From Candidatus Woesearchaeota archaeon (GTDB lineage Archaea; Nanobdellota; Nanobdellia; Woesearchaeales; SKIA01): a stretch of DNA of 64,000 nucleotides. Position numbers and translations under genes: made by a program. The notes under the pieces were generated by a model. It was not told the origin of the DNA, did not search any database, and saw nothing but the letters and a program-made list of their open reading frames with translations. The stretch's first letter is position 1, and each line of letters opens with the position of its first letter. Below are positions 45,483 through 54,737 of this stretch, in pieces. Location: contig JBJKRI010000006.1 in assembly GCA_046704725.1 (NCBI GenBank), forward strand, positions 187,482-251,481, in the 5' to 3' direction.

Positions 45483-47356
45483 TCCAGCGTCGCCTGCGAG
45501 CCCTGGCTCTTCACGCCGAAGAACGACTTGATCTCCTCGCCGGGACGGTCGGTCATCCGCAGGTCCCAATGGGGCGGGAAGCAGCGCTGATAATTACGCC
45601 AGGCGTAGCGCTCGTCGACGAAACAGATGACACCGCGGTCGGTCTCGGAGCGGATGCAACGCCCCGCGCTCTGCAGTATCCGGTTAAAAGCGGGAAAGAC
45701 ATAGCCATAGTCCCAGCCACGCTCGAACTTCTGGTTGTAATACTCGATCAATGCCTTGGCCTCCTTGTCCGGGCGCGCCAAGGGCAAACCGACGATGAAG
45801 ACGCCCTTGAGCAAGTCACCGGGAAGATCGATGCCCTCGGCGAACGAGCCCGACATGACAGCGGCGAGCACAGCGCCGGAATCCTTGTAGCCGCTGAACT
45901 TGCGCAAGACCTCCTCGCGATCCCCCTTGGCCATGCCCTGCACCTCCAAGAAGACGGGCTTGGACGTCAATGACTGCATGGTGCGGACCACCTTGTCGCG
46001 CAATGAATACGACGGGAAAAACACGATGCTGTTGCCGGGGACAGCATCCACCATGCGCGCGAGCAAGCGCCCCTGCGCGGCGAACATCTCGTCGCTGCGC
46101 GCCTGGTACTTCGTCGTGGTCTGGGGCACCACCAAGGTCAAGCGATGCTCGTCGGGAAAGGGCGAGCGGAAGGTGTACTCCTCCGCGTTCAAAGGGACGT
46201 CGAGCAGCTCGGCGTACATGACCGTCGGGGTGAGGGTGCCCGACATGAGGATGGTGCTGTACGTCCCTTTGATGACCGGCCCGGATACGATGCCGGGATC
46301 CATGCAACGGTACGACAGCACGGCAGCGTCGGGATAGCGCGTGAGGATACGCGCGAAACCCTCGTCCGCGCCATCCCACTCCAAGAGGAAATCGCCGACA
46401 GAACCGATGTAGCTGCGCTGCTGCTCGGCGCGGATGGTGTCACCCGCGTCGCGCAACGCCTCGGCGTCGTACGTCACGGACAGCGCTTTTCTGAGGTCCT
46501 GCTTAGTGACATAGCGCTCCTCGTCGGAATCGACGTCCTCGGCGAGACGATTGATGGCCGCCTCCAAGGCCAAGAGCTCGGGGAACTCCTCACCCCACTT
46601 CTCCGCCTCGGCGCGCGCACGAGCGAGGACACGCGTGGAAAGACGAGAAGAGGCCAGGTCCTTGATACGGTCGGGAAGATTGTGCGCCTCGTCGACGATG
46701 ACAATGGACTGCGAGAGATCCTTACCCACCTTCTGCAAGAAGACATCCCGCACGCCCGGATTGAACAAGTAGAAGTAATCGGTGACGATCACGCGCGCCT
46801 TACGAGCGGAGAGCACAGCGATCTCATAAGGACACACCTTGTGACGCTCGCCGATGACGCGCACCTGCCCGCTGTCCGGGGACTGCTGCGCCTCATCCAC
46901 AGCCAGACGCGCGTCCGCCGAGAGGGAGCCCGAGGTCTTGAGGTTCTCGAAATACGAGCACGCCTTGTCGTCGCGCAACTTGCGGCAGTACTCCATGAAC
47001 TCGCCCGAACGCAATTTCTCCACGCCGTGCTGCAGGCACATCCATTTCTTGCCGATGAGATTAGCGACAGGGATCGAGACATCGTGGCGCTCCTCGATGG
47101 CGCGCACCGTCTCCAACGCGATGCGATGCTGGGTGTGACGGCTGGTCAAGAAGAAGACCGTCAAATCATTCTGCACGGCATACGCGATCGCCGGACCCAG
47201 GGTCGCGGCGGTCTTCCCCAAACCCGTCGGGGCGTGCACCACCAAGTGCTTCTTCTTCTCGAGCGCGCGCTCGACAGAGAGCACGAGCTCGTCCTGGACG
47301 GGGCGCACGCTCGCATGCGGGAACAACACGGATTTCTGATGCTCGGGAGAAAGCAC
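45479..47356 (-). CDS. xpd: XPD/Rad3-family Fe-S DNA helicase
   Basis: APTGLGKT, Fe-S Cys residues, DEAH, SGTL, EGID, QSAGRCIRSETD. Confidence 0.92.
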   Translation of the reverse strand: MLSPEHQKSVLFPHASVRPVQDELVLSVERALEKKKHLVVHAPTGLGKTAATLGPAIAYAVQNDLTVFFLTSRHTQHRIALETVRAIEERHDVSIPVANLIGKKWMCLQHGVEKLRSGEFMEYCRKLRDDKACSYFENLKTSGSLSADARLAVDEAQQSPDSGQVRVIGERHKVCPYEIAVLSARKARVIVTDYFYLFNPGVRDVFLQKVGKDLSQSIVIVDEAHNLPDRIKDLASSRLSTRVLARARAEAEKWGEEFPELLALEAAINRLAEDVDSDEERYVTKQDLRKALSVTYDAEALRDAGDTIRAEQQRSYIGSVGDFLLEWDGADEGFARILTRYPDAAVLSYRCMDPGIVSGPVIKGTYSTILMSGTLTPTVMYAELLDVPLNAEEYTFRSPFPDEHRLTLVVPQTTTKYQARSDEMFAAQGRLLARMVDAVPGNSIVFFPSYSLRDKVVRTMQSLTSKPVFLEVQGMAKGDREEVLRKFSGYKDSGAVLAAVMSGSFAEGIDLPGDLLKGVFIVGLPLARPDKEAKALIEYYNQKFERGWDYGYVFPAFNRILQSAGRCIRSETDRGVICFVDERYAWRNYQRCFPPHWDLRMTDRPGEEIKSFFGVKSQGSQATLD

Positions 47357-47388
47357 AGAGCGGGCAATGGAGCGCGCTATAAAAGGAT

Positions 47389-48081
47389 TTAGCGCTTGCG
47401 CAGGCGCTGCGCCACACCCGTGAAGGCGTCCTTTGCCTTGCCAGCGAATTCCTGGGCCTTGGAGCGCATCTCTGGGGCGCGCTCCTTGAGCTCGCGGCGC
47501 TTCTTGCGCATGACCGCGCCGTAATCCTTGAGGTAGAGGTCCTGGTCGGTCGCGTGCTGCCCGAAGGCGTTGAAGAAGACGAGCTCGTCCAAGGGACGCA
47601 CGGCCCGCGGCTCAGGCGTCTCGTCAGGCATGCCGAACGCCAAGATGGCCTCAGGAGCATACCCATCAGGGATCTCGAGAATGTTGCGCACCTCGGCCTC
47701 GTCGAACGAGCCGACCCAGCACCCTCCGAGACCACGCTCCTGGGCGGCGAGCAGGATGTTCTGCGCGGCGGCGGCGCACGACTGCGACGCCCACAACTCT
47801 CCCCGACCGGGATACAGGTCAGCGGCACGCTGCCGCTCGGAGACCATGACGATGAACAATTGCGCGCCATGCATCCAGCCCTGGCGCGAACAATACGTGA
47901 TGATACGCTCTCGTATGGGCTTCTCCGTGACGAGAATGAGGCGCCACGGCTGCAAGTCACCTGGAGAAGGAGCGTAGGTCGCCGCCCGCAAGGACTCGAG
48001 GACATCCTCCCACGCGAGCGCGGTGGGAGCGAAGGCCCGGATGCTTCGACGGTCATGCGCGAGGGACAGGAAATCGTCCAT
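47389..48081 (-). CDS. Nitroreductase-family protein
   Basis: RRSIRAF, APS..DLQPW, AAAQNILLAAQERGLGGCW. Confidence 0.9.
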   Translation of the reverse strand: MDDFLSLAHDRRSIRAFAPTALAWEDVLESLRAATYAPSPGDLQPWRLILVTEKPIRERIITYCSRQGWMHGAQLFIVMVSERQRAADLYPGRGELWASQSCAAAAQNILLAAQERGLGGCWVGSFDEAEVRNILEIPDGYAPEAILAFGMPDETPEPRAVRPLDELVFFNAFGQHATDQDLYLKDYGAVMRKKRRELKERAPEMRSKAQEFAGKAKDAFTGVAQRLRKR

Positions 48082-48160
48082 GCACCTATTCCGGAAAGAC
48101 TGCTTAAAAAGCGTGCCGGTATGCGATGGGCATAAAAAGCACGACCCCTCCCGCACCGCC

Positions 48161-49909
48161 ATGCAATACTCCAGGCTGTGCGAGACCTACGCCGCCGTGG
48201 AGGACACGTCCAAGCGGCTGGAGAAGACAGCGATCATCGCCGAATTGCTCAAGGAATCGAACGACGACCTCGAACGCGTGATGCTGCTGCTCCAGGGGCG
48301 GGTGTTCCCAGCGGTGGATAAGCGCACGATCGGCGTGTCGAGCAAGATCATGCTGCGCGCGCTCGCGCGCGTCACCGGCTCGACGGAGAGCGCGTTGGAG
48401 AAGGCCTGGAGCAAGAGAGGCGACCTGGGCCTTGTGGCGGAAAAGCATATCACGGGAAAGAGCCAGCTGACACTGTTCTCCTCGTCCTTGACGGTGGAGC
48501 GCGTGCACGGACAGATCGCGAGGCTCGCCGGTATCGAAGGAGCCGGAAGCGTGGACCGCAAGCTCAAGATTATCAGCGAACTGCTCAGCCACGCATCGCC
48601 GCTCGAAGCGCGCTACATCACGCGCACCATCCTCGAGGAGCTGCGCATCGGCATCGCGTCGGGCACGTTGCGCGACGCCATCGTCTACGCTTTTCTTTCG
48701 AAAGAAGGAGGCATCGAGGACGGCAGCATCGCCGACCGCGAAAAGTACAACGCCGTGACGAAGACCGTGCAGGACGCGTACGACCGGACCAACGATTTCG
48801 CGCAGGTCGCGCTCGCAGCGAAGAAGGGACTGCCGGCGCTCACGGAGGTGAGCGTGGAGATCGGGACGCCTATAAAGGTCATGCTCGGGCTGCGGGGGAC
48901 CACGGTCGAGAGCGCGATGAAAGACCTCGCCGACCCTGATGGGAACGTGCTCTTGCAGTACAAGTACGACGGCTTCCGCGTGGAGATACACAAGGACGGC
49001 GAGAGGATACGCATTTTCACGAGGCGCCTGGAGGATGTGACGAAGCAATTCCCGGACATCGTGGAGCGCGCGAAGAAACAGGTGAAGGCCGAGAAATGCA
49101 TCCTCGACGGCGAGGCCATCGGCGTCGACCCCAAGACGGGGAAGTACAGACCGTTCCAGGAGATCAGCCAACGTATCAGGAGAAAGCACGGCATCAAACA
49201 GATGGTCGAGAAGCTCCCCGTCGACGTGCGCGTCTTCGACGTGGTCATGCTCGACGGCGAGGAGACGCTCGACAAGACGATGCGCGAGCGGCACGAGACA
49301 TTGCGGAGGATCATCACGGACGGCGAGCGATTCGGCGTGGCGCACACCCTCATCACGAAAGACGCGAAGAAAGGACAGGCCTTCTACGACCAGGCACTCG
49401 CCGACGGCGAGGAAGGACTCTTCGCCAAGAAACTCGACAGCGTCTACCAGCCAGGGACGCGCGTGGGCAACTGGATCAAGCTCAAGAGCACGATGGAACC
49501 GCTGGACCTCGTGGTGATCGGCGCGGAGTGGGGAGAGGGGAAACGCAGCGGCTGGCTGACGAGCTACACGGTCGCCTGCCAGGACGAGAACGGCGAGCTG
49601 CAGACCATCGGCCACGTCGCGACCGGGCTCAAGGAGCTGCCCGAGCAGGGATTCAGCTTCCAAGACATGACAGAACTCTTGCAGCCGCTCATCGAGTACG
49701 AGCACGGACGGCAGGTCACCGTCAAGCCATCCATCGTGCTGGAGGTCGCGTACGAGGAGATCCAGAAGAGCCCGCAGTACGGTTCCGGATACGCCTTGCG
49801 CTTCCCCCGCGTATTGCGCAACAGGACGGACGAGCGCGACGTGGAAGACGTGAGCACGCTCTCCATCGTAGAGCAGCTCTACGCGCAGCAGCGCAACAAC
49901 ACGCGCTGA
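48161..49909 (+). CDS. lig: ATP-dependent DNA ligase
   Basis: Motif I KYDGFR, DGEA, FD, EGLFAK, WIKLK, LRFPR. Confidence 0.96.
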   Translation: MQYSRLCETYAAVEDTSKRLEKTAIIAELLKESNDDLERVMLLLQGRVFPAVDKRTIGVSSKIMLRALARVTGSTESALEKAWSKRGDLGLVAEKHITGKSQLTLFSSSLTVERVHGQIARLAGIEGAGSVDRKLKIISELLSHASPLEARYITRTILEELRIGIASGTLRDAIVYAFLSKEGGIEDGSIADREKYNAVTKTVQDAYDRTNDFAQVALAAKKGLPALTEVSVEIGTPIKVMLGLRGTTVESAMKDLADPDGNVLLQYKYDGFRVEIHKDGERIRIFTRRLEDVTKQFPDIVERAKKQVKAEKCILDGEAIGVDPKTGKYRPFQEISQRIRRKHGIKQMVEKLPVDVRVFDVVMLDGEETLDKTMRERHETLRRIITDGERFGVAHTLITKDAKKGQAFYDQALADGEEGLFAKKLDSVYQPGTRVGNWIKLKSTMEPLDLVVIGAEWGEGKRSGWLTSYTVACQDENGELQTIGHVATGLKELPEQGFSFQDMTELLQPLIEYEHGRQVTVKPSIVLEVAYEEIQKSPQYGSGYALRFPRVLRNRTDERDVEDVSTLSIVEQLYAQQRNNTR

Positions 49910-49952
49910 GGTTCAAGCGCAGGTTTATAGCGCCCGACAGTATAGATCCCCT

Positions 49953-50324
49953 ATGGTGGACGATCGGAACAGGAAGCGCATCCTCGAAGAGGGATGGACC
50001 GAGCCGCCGGGCTCAGGAGAGTTGCTGCACGAGAAGCGTGCAGGAATCTTCAAGTGTGCGCGCTGCGGACAACCATTGTTCACGTCCGAGGAAAAGTATG
50101 ACTCGAGGAGCGGTTGGCCAAGCTTCACCGCGCCCGTCGAAGGAGCGGTGGAGGAGAAACAAGACCTATCGCACGGAATGGTACGGACCGAGGCTCTCTG
50201 CAGCAAGTGTCGAGGTCATCTCGGACACGTCTTCGACGACGGTCCGCGCGGCAAGCCGCGCTACTGCATCAACTCCGGCGCGATGCGGTTCTCTCCAGAG
50301 CCGTCCGCGCGTGCGCATACGTGA
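49953..50324 (+). CDS. msrB: Peptide-methionine (R)-S-oxide reductase
   Basis: TEPP, GWPSF, RTE, HLGHVFDDGP, RYCINS. Confidence 0.95.
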   Translation: MVDDRNRKRILEEGWTEPPGSGELLHEKRAGIFKCARCGQPLFTSEEKYDSRSGWPSFTAPVEGAVEEKQDLSHGMVRTEALCSKCRGHLGHVFDDGPRGKPRYCINSGAMRFSPEPSARAHT

Positions 50325-51480
50325 GCGGGTCGGGCACCTGACGACGCTGCTCGGGGGGCAGCGCCAATTCATCCAGGTCCGGCGGACCCCAGCGTTCGCG
50401 CTCGACGGCCTTGCAGACATGGTCCATGATCGCCGGGGTGTATCGTCTGTCGAAGCAGGTCTGCACGAGGAAATCACGCACATCAGGATCCTGGTCAGGA
50501 AAGCGCGAATCCATGAACGCGACGTATTGCTCTCGCTTGGAGTACGGCGGCACCTCGAGGATGGTGCCGAAACGACGATGCACAGCGCTATCAAGCTTGA
50601 ATTGGCGGTTCGTCGTCGCCACCACAAGAACGTTGCCGCGATAGGTGTCCTTTATACCGGAGAGGTCCTGCATGAGCTGCGCAGTCACCTGGTTCATGCC
50701 GGCGCTCGCGGAATCGTCCTCACGGGAGGTCACGACCATATCCGCGTCGTCGAGGAACAACAGTCCGATACCGTCGCGACGCGTGACCCTGCGGAACTTC
50801 TTGTGGAAGTTGCGCGCGCTCTGACCGACCCATTTGCTATAGTCGCTCGACGTGAAGGTCTCGTAGCGGAACGGAGTGTGGCGGAGCTCCGCCATGCATT
50901 GCCCTTCGGCGATCGCGTACTTGCACAGGCTGCTCTTTCCCGTGCCCGGCGGACCGTAGAGCAATATCGCGGCATCCAGCGCCTTGACATGCGTATTGGT
51001 GGCGGTCGCCGGGTCGTAGTAGAACAGGGAGCGCACCGCTTCAGTGACGATGCTCACCTGATCGTCGAGACCGACGATGACCGGGCGGCCCACACGTCCC
51101 GGACGCTCGTAGAGGACTCCCTCGACGGTCACCGGACGAGGCGCGCGTCCCATGTCAGAGAGGCGCCTGTGCAATCCGGAGATATAGGCTCCGGTCCTCT
51201 CCGGATGCCTGCCCACCTGCGCGAGGAATCCCTCCAGAGACGATGAACCGGGATCCTTCGGGTCGTTGCCGTTCGAACTGACACCAGACCCGACCTCCAA
51301 GGCCTCCCTCGCTGACAGTCCCTTGTCACGGCCCGCGATATAGATGCCGAGCATGCGCTCCAAGGCTTCCTTGTCCACGCGAGGGATGCCCGCCGGCAAG
51401 TCGAACGGGATCTCCCGCGGCAGACTGCGGACCGCGCCGAGGATGTCGGTCTTGCTCAGTTCGAGCTGATCCGCTTCCAT
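50269..51480 (-). CDS. Classical-clade AAA+ ATPase with unique N-terminus
   Basis: LYGPPGTGKS, pore loop SKWVGQS, Walker B LFLDDAD, sensor ATTNR, arginine finger LDSAVHRRF. Confidence 0.88.
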   Translation of the reverse strand: MEADQLELSKTDILGAVRSLPREIPFDLPAGIPRVDKEALERMLGIYIAGRDKGLSAREALEVGSGVSSNGNDPKDPGSSSLEGFLAQVGRHPERTGAYISGLHRRLSDMGRAPRPVTVEGVLYERPGRVGRPVIVGLDDQVSIVTEAVRSLFYYDPATATNTHVKALDAAILLYGPPGTGKSSLCKYAIAEGQCMAELRHTPFRYETFTSSDYSKWVGQSARNFHKKFRRVTRRDGIGLLFLDDADMVVTSREDDSASAGMNQVTAQLMQDLSGIKDTYRGNVLVVATTNRQFKLDSAVHRRFGTILEVPPYSKREQYVAFMDSRFPDQDPDVRDFLVQTCFDRRYTPAIMDHVCKAVERERWGPPDLDELALPPEQRRQVPDPLTYAHARTALERTASRRS

Positions 51481-52349
51481 TTCTGGCTGGTCTCGTTATC
51501 CTCGCCGTTGGAGCCGATGCCGTAGCGCGGGTCGAGCTTCATATGATCCTCTCCCAAACGCTGATTGATGAAGATGTCCATCCGACGAGCGAAAGTTCCC
51601 ATCTTCTCATACAGCACTCGGACGGATTGTGCGTGCTTATCCCCGAATCCCAATAGCTGCTGGTTCTCCCATTGCACGAGCTTTACATGCAACGCGTTGC
51701 GTTGGCCGGCGAAAGACGAGTACAGGTCCTGCAGCTCTACGACGTGTTCATCAAGGAAAGTGCTCATTCCATGCGTGGCGTTGTAACGGCTGACGTTCTT
51801 GTCCGCCTCTACATAGAGGTGGTGCAGTTGCTCACGTGCCTCGCGTAGCCGTTCGCGCGTATCGAAGAGCACCTCGCTCACATATTCGCTCTCCGTCTCC
51901 GCGATCTCCGCCTCGATGCGATTGACGAGCCGCGCCTGGCGCTGGTACTTCTCCATCGATGCTTCCGCGAGGGACTGCAACTTGTTCGCGGTCGAGCTGG
52001 CAGTCTGCTGTTGGTCGCGCAGGTAACCCAATCGTTCGTCGAGCTTGTCGCAGATGGAATCCACCTCGGAGTACAAGCCTTTCGCGTCATTGAGACGCTT
52101 GCCGAACTGGCGTTGGGCCGAATCGCCGATGACCTCGCGCACGGACACGACTATGCGCTCGTACAGGGTCATCCCCGAACGCTGCTCCTCCTTGAGCTCG
52201 CGTTTCTTTCGCGCATCGTATGCGAGGAGATCCTCTCTGGGTTCCTCCATCGGAACCTCCGCATTGATGTGATCGATGAGCTTCTCCAACTCGCTATCCG
52301 ACATCGCGCCCATGTCGCGAACGCCGCTCCTGTGCTTTTGGTCTTCCAT
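51456..52349 (-). CDS. Long coiled-coil hypothetical protein
   Basis: About 297 aa, heptad-rich and all-helical; its stop overlaps the AAA ATPase start. Confidence 0.7.
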   Translation of the reverse strand: MEDQKHRSGVRDMGAMSDSELEKLIDHINAEVPMEEPREDLLAYDARKKRELKEEQRSGMTLYERIVVSVREVIGDSAQRQFGKRLNDAKGLYSEVDSICDKLDERLGYLRDQQQTASSTANKLQSLAEASMEKYQRQARLVNRIEAEIAETESEYVSEVLFDTRERLREAREQLHHLYVEADKNVSRYNATHGMSTFLDEHVVELQDLYSSFAGQRNALHVKLVQWENQQLLGFGDKHAQSVRVLYEKMGTFARRMDIFINQRLGEDHMKLDPRYGIGSNGEDNETSQKWKRISSN

Positions 52350-52550
52350 AAGATTCACCGTCCTCCTCGGAGGAATCGCTTTTGAGATGCCCATCGCGTC
52401 GCATACGGGAACCGTTCCGGAAGAAGATCCACGAATCCCATCGAGCAGCGATCTTTTCCGACCCGCAACCAGCAGAGGAGGGACTTCCACGCCACGCGCA
52501 GGTTTTCCGGCTGCAAAAGCTTGTTAAAGCGCTCCCGCTTCGCCTCTGGC

Positions 52551-54290
52551 ATGATACGGGCGCCTATCTGCACGGTCGTGGGGCATGTGGACCACGGCAA
52601 GACCACATTGCTCGACGCGATCAGGGGAACAGCCGTGACAGCGGGCGAGGCGGGAGCAATAACGCAGGCCATCGGCGCGTCCATCATCCCAATCGAGCAT
52701 ATCGTCGAGCGAGCGAAAGGGGCGCTCCCCCAGAAGATCACCATTCCTGGATTGTTGTTCATCGACACGCCCGGGCACGCGGCCTTCACGGGGATGCGCA
52801 AGCGCGGCGGATCCTTGGCGGATATCGCCGTGCTCATCGTGGATGTCAACGAGGGCTTCAAGCCGCAGACGAGAGAGGCCCTGGAGATACTCAAGACCTA
52901 CAGGACGCCGTTCGTCGTCGCGGCGAACAAGATCGACCTCTCGCCAGGATACCAGAAGAAAAGCGAGCAGGTGCTCAAGGACATCGAGCAGCAGAACCCG
53001 CGGACGAACGAGCACATCGAGACCAAGCTGTACGAGCTGGTCGGTGTGCTGCACGAGTACGGCTTTCCCGCCGACCGCTTCGACCGCCTGGAAAGCTTCG
53101 AGCGGCAGGTCGCGATCGTACCTATCAGCGCGAAGGACCACACAGGCATCGACAGCCTGCTCGCCATCATCGTCGGCCTCGCGCAGCGCTACCTGGAGAA
53201 GCAGTTGTCCGCGGACGCGGACGGACCCGCGAAAGGGACCATCCTCGAGGTCAGCGAAGAGCAAGGGCTCGGATTGACGCTCAACGCGATCATCTACGAC
53301 GGGACGCTCGATGTCGGGGACACCGTGGTCATCGGCACGCTCGGCGAGCCGATCGTGACGCGCGTGCGCGCGCTCCTGCAGCCCAGCGATGTCGGCGACA
53401 TCCGGGACCGCAAGACCGCTTTCCGCAACGTGAAAGAAGCCGTCGCCGCGACGGGCGTGAAGATCGTCGCTCCGAACCTCGAAGGGGCCGCTGCGGGGAT
53501 GCCTGTGATCGAGGTCACGGGCAGCGTCGAGGACGTCAAAAAAGAGGTCTCGAAAGAGGTGCAGTCCGTGACGATCGAGACAGACGAGGAGGGGGTCGTC
53601 GTCAAAGCGGACAATATCGGCTCGCTCGAGGCTCTCATCAGCCTCTTGCGCGAGAAGGACGTGCCCATCCGCTCCGCTTCGGTAGGACCTGTCAATAAGA
53701 AGGACCTGACGGTGGCCGCTTCCAACACGCGCGAGCATGCTGTGGTGCTGGGCTTCAACATCCCCGAACCCAAAGGCGTTCCTGAGGGAGTGAGCGTCTT
53801 CGTGAAAGACATCATCTACGCGCTCATCGATGACTACGAGCAGTACACGTCGTCGCTCGTGGAGAAGGAGAAGACCGAGGAGCTCGAACGATTGGCGCGC
53901 GTCGCCAAGCTCGAGGTGTTGCCGGGATGCATCTTCCGCGCGTCGAACCCATTGATTTGTGGGGTGCGTGTCGTCGCCGGACGGCTCAAGCAAGGGGCGC
54001 CGCTCTTCAACCCGAAGCAAGGGCTGACCACATTGGCGAACGTCAAGGAGATCCAGGACAAGAAAGTGTCGTTGCCGTTCGTCGAGACCGGAGCGGAAGT
54101 GGCCATCAGCGTCCCCGGAGCGGTGGGCGGACGCAACGTGCACGAGGGAGACGTGCTCTGGACGAAAGTGGACGAGGAGGGTTTCCGGAAGCTGCGCTCG
54201 TTCGCCAAGCAATTATCATCGCAGGAGATCGCTGTGCTCAAGGAGTACGCGGAGCTCATGCGCGAGAACAATCCATTGTGGGGCGTGTAG
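52551..54290 (+). CDS. infB: Translation initiation factor aIF5B (IF-2)
   Basis: GHVDHGKT, EAGAITQ, DTPGH, NKID, SAK; archaeal-type C-terminus. Confidence 0.97.
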   Translation: MIRAPICTVVGHVDHGKTTLLDAIRGTAVTAGEAGAITQAIGASIIPIEHIVERAKGALPQKITIPGLLFIDTPGHAAFTGMRKRGGSLADIAVLIVDVNEGFKPQTREALEILKTYRTPFVVAANKIDLSPGYQKKSEQVLKDIEQQNPRTNEHIETKLYELVGVLHEYGFPADRFDRLESFERQVAIVPISAKDHTGIDSLLAIIVGLAQRYLEKQLSADADGPAKGTILEVSEEQGLGLTLNAIIYDGTLDVGDTVVIGTLGEPIVTRVRALLQPSDVGDIRDRKTAFRNVKEAVAATGVKIVAPNLEGAAAGMPVIEVTGSVEDVKKEVSKEVQSVTIETDEEGVVVKADNIGSLEALISLLREKDVPIRSASVGPVNKKDLTVAASNTREHAVVLGFNIPEPKGVPEGVSVFVKDIIYALIDDYEQYTSSLVEKEKTEELERLARVAKLEVLPGCIFRASNPLICGVRVVAGRLKQGAPLFNPKQGLTTLANVKEIQDKKVSLPFVETGAEVAISVPGAVGGRNVHEGDVLWTKVDEEGFRKLRSFAKQLSSQEIAVLKEYAELMRENNPLWGV

Positions 54291-54737
54291 ATGCGCTTTC
54301 TCAACAGCAAGGAGCGGCGGGCGTTCTTCGGACGGCTGGAGGAGACGTACGGATATCACGGACCGACCGACTACGTCGTGTACGAGGGCGGGCGCGACAA
54401 GTACTATATCATCAGCCGCGACCTGGAGAAACTGCCCTTCGAGGAATTGCGCATCGCGCAAGGAGGGCTGCACGTCGCGTCGGACGCGCACGGCGAATTG
54501 CGATTGACCATGGACGGCGCGCAACTGTTCGGGCCCTCGTGCGACAAGCCCTTCGCCAAGCTCGACACTGCTGGCCGCGACGAGTGGATAGCCGGCCAGG
54601 ACGTCGATTCCGAGGGAGAGGACGGTTGGGTCATCGTCGGCTGGGAGAAGGACATCCTCGGCTGCGGGCGGCGCAAGGACGGTCGCATCATCAACTACGT
54701 CCCCAAGGAGCGCCGCATCAGCGAGCCGCATCCGTGA
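54291..54737 (+). CDS. Nip7-like / PUA-domain ribosome biogenesis protein
   Basis: ELRLTMDGAQLFG, W..GQD, GCG, NYVPKERR pattern; directly after aIF5B. Confidence 0.7.
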   Translation: MRFLNSKERRAFFGRLEETYGYHGPTDYVVYEGGRDKYYIISRDLEKLPFEELRIAQGGLHVASDAHGELRLTMDGAQLFGPSCDKPFAKLDTAGRDEWIAGQDVDSEGEDGWVIVGWEKDILGCGRRKDGRIINYVPKERRISEPHP

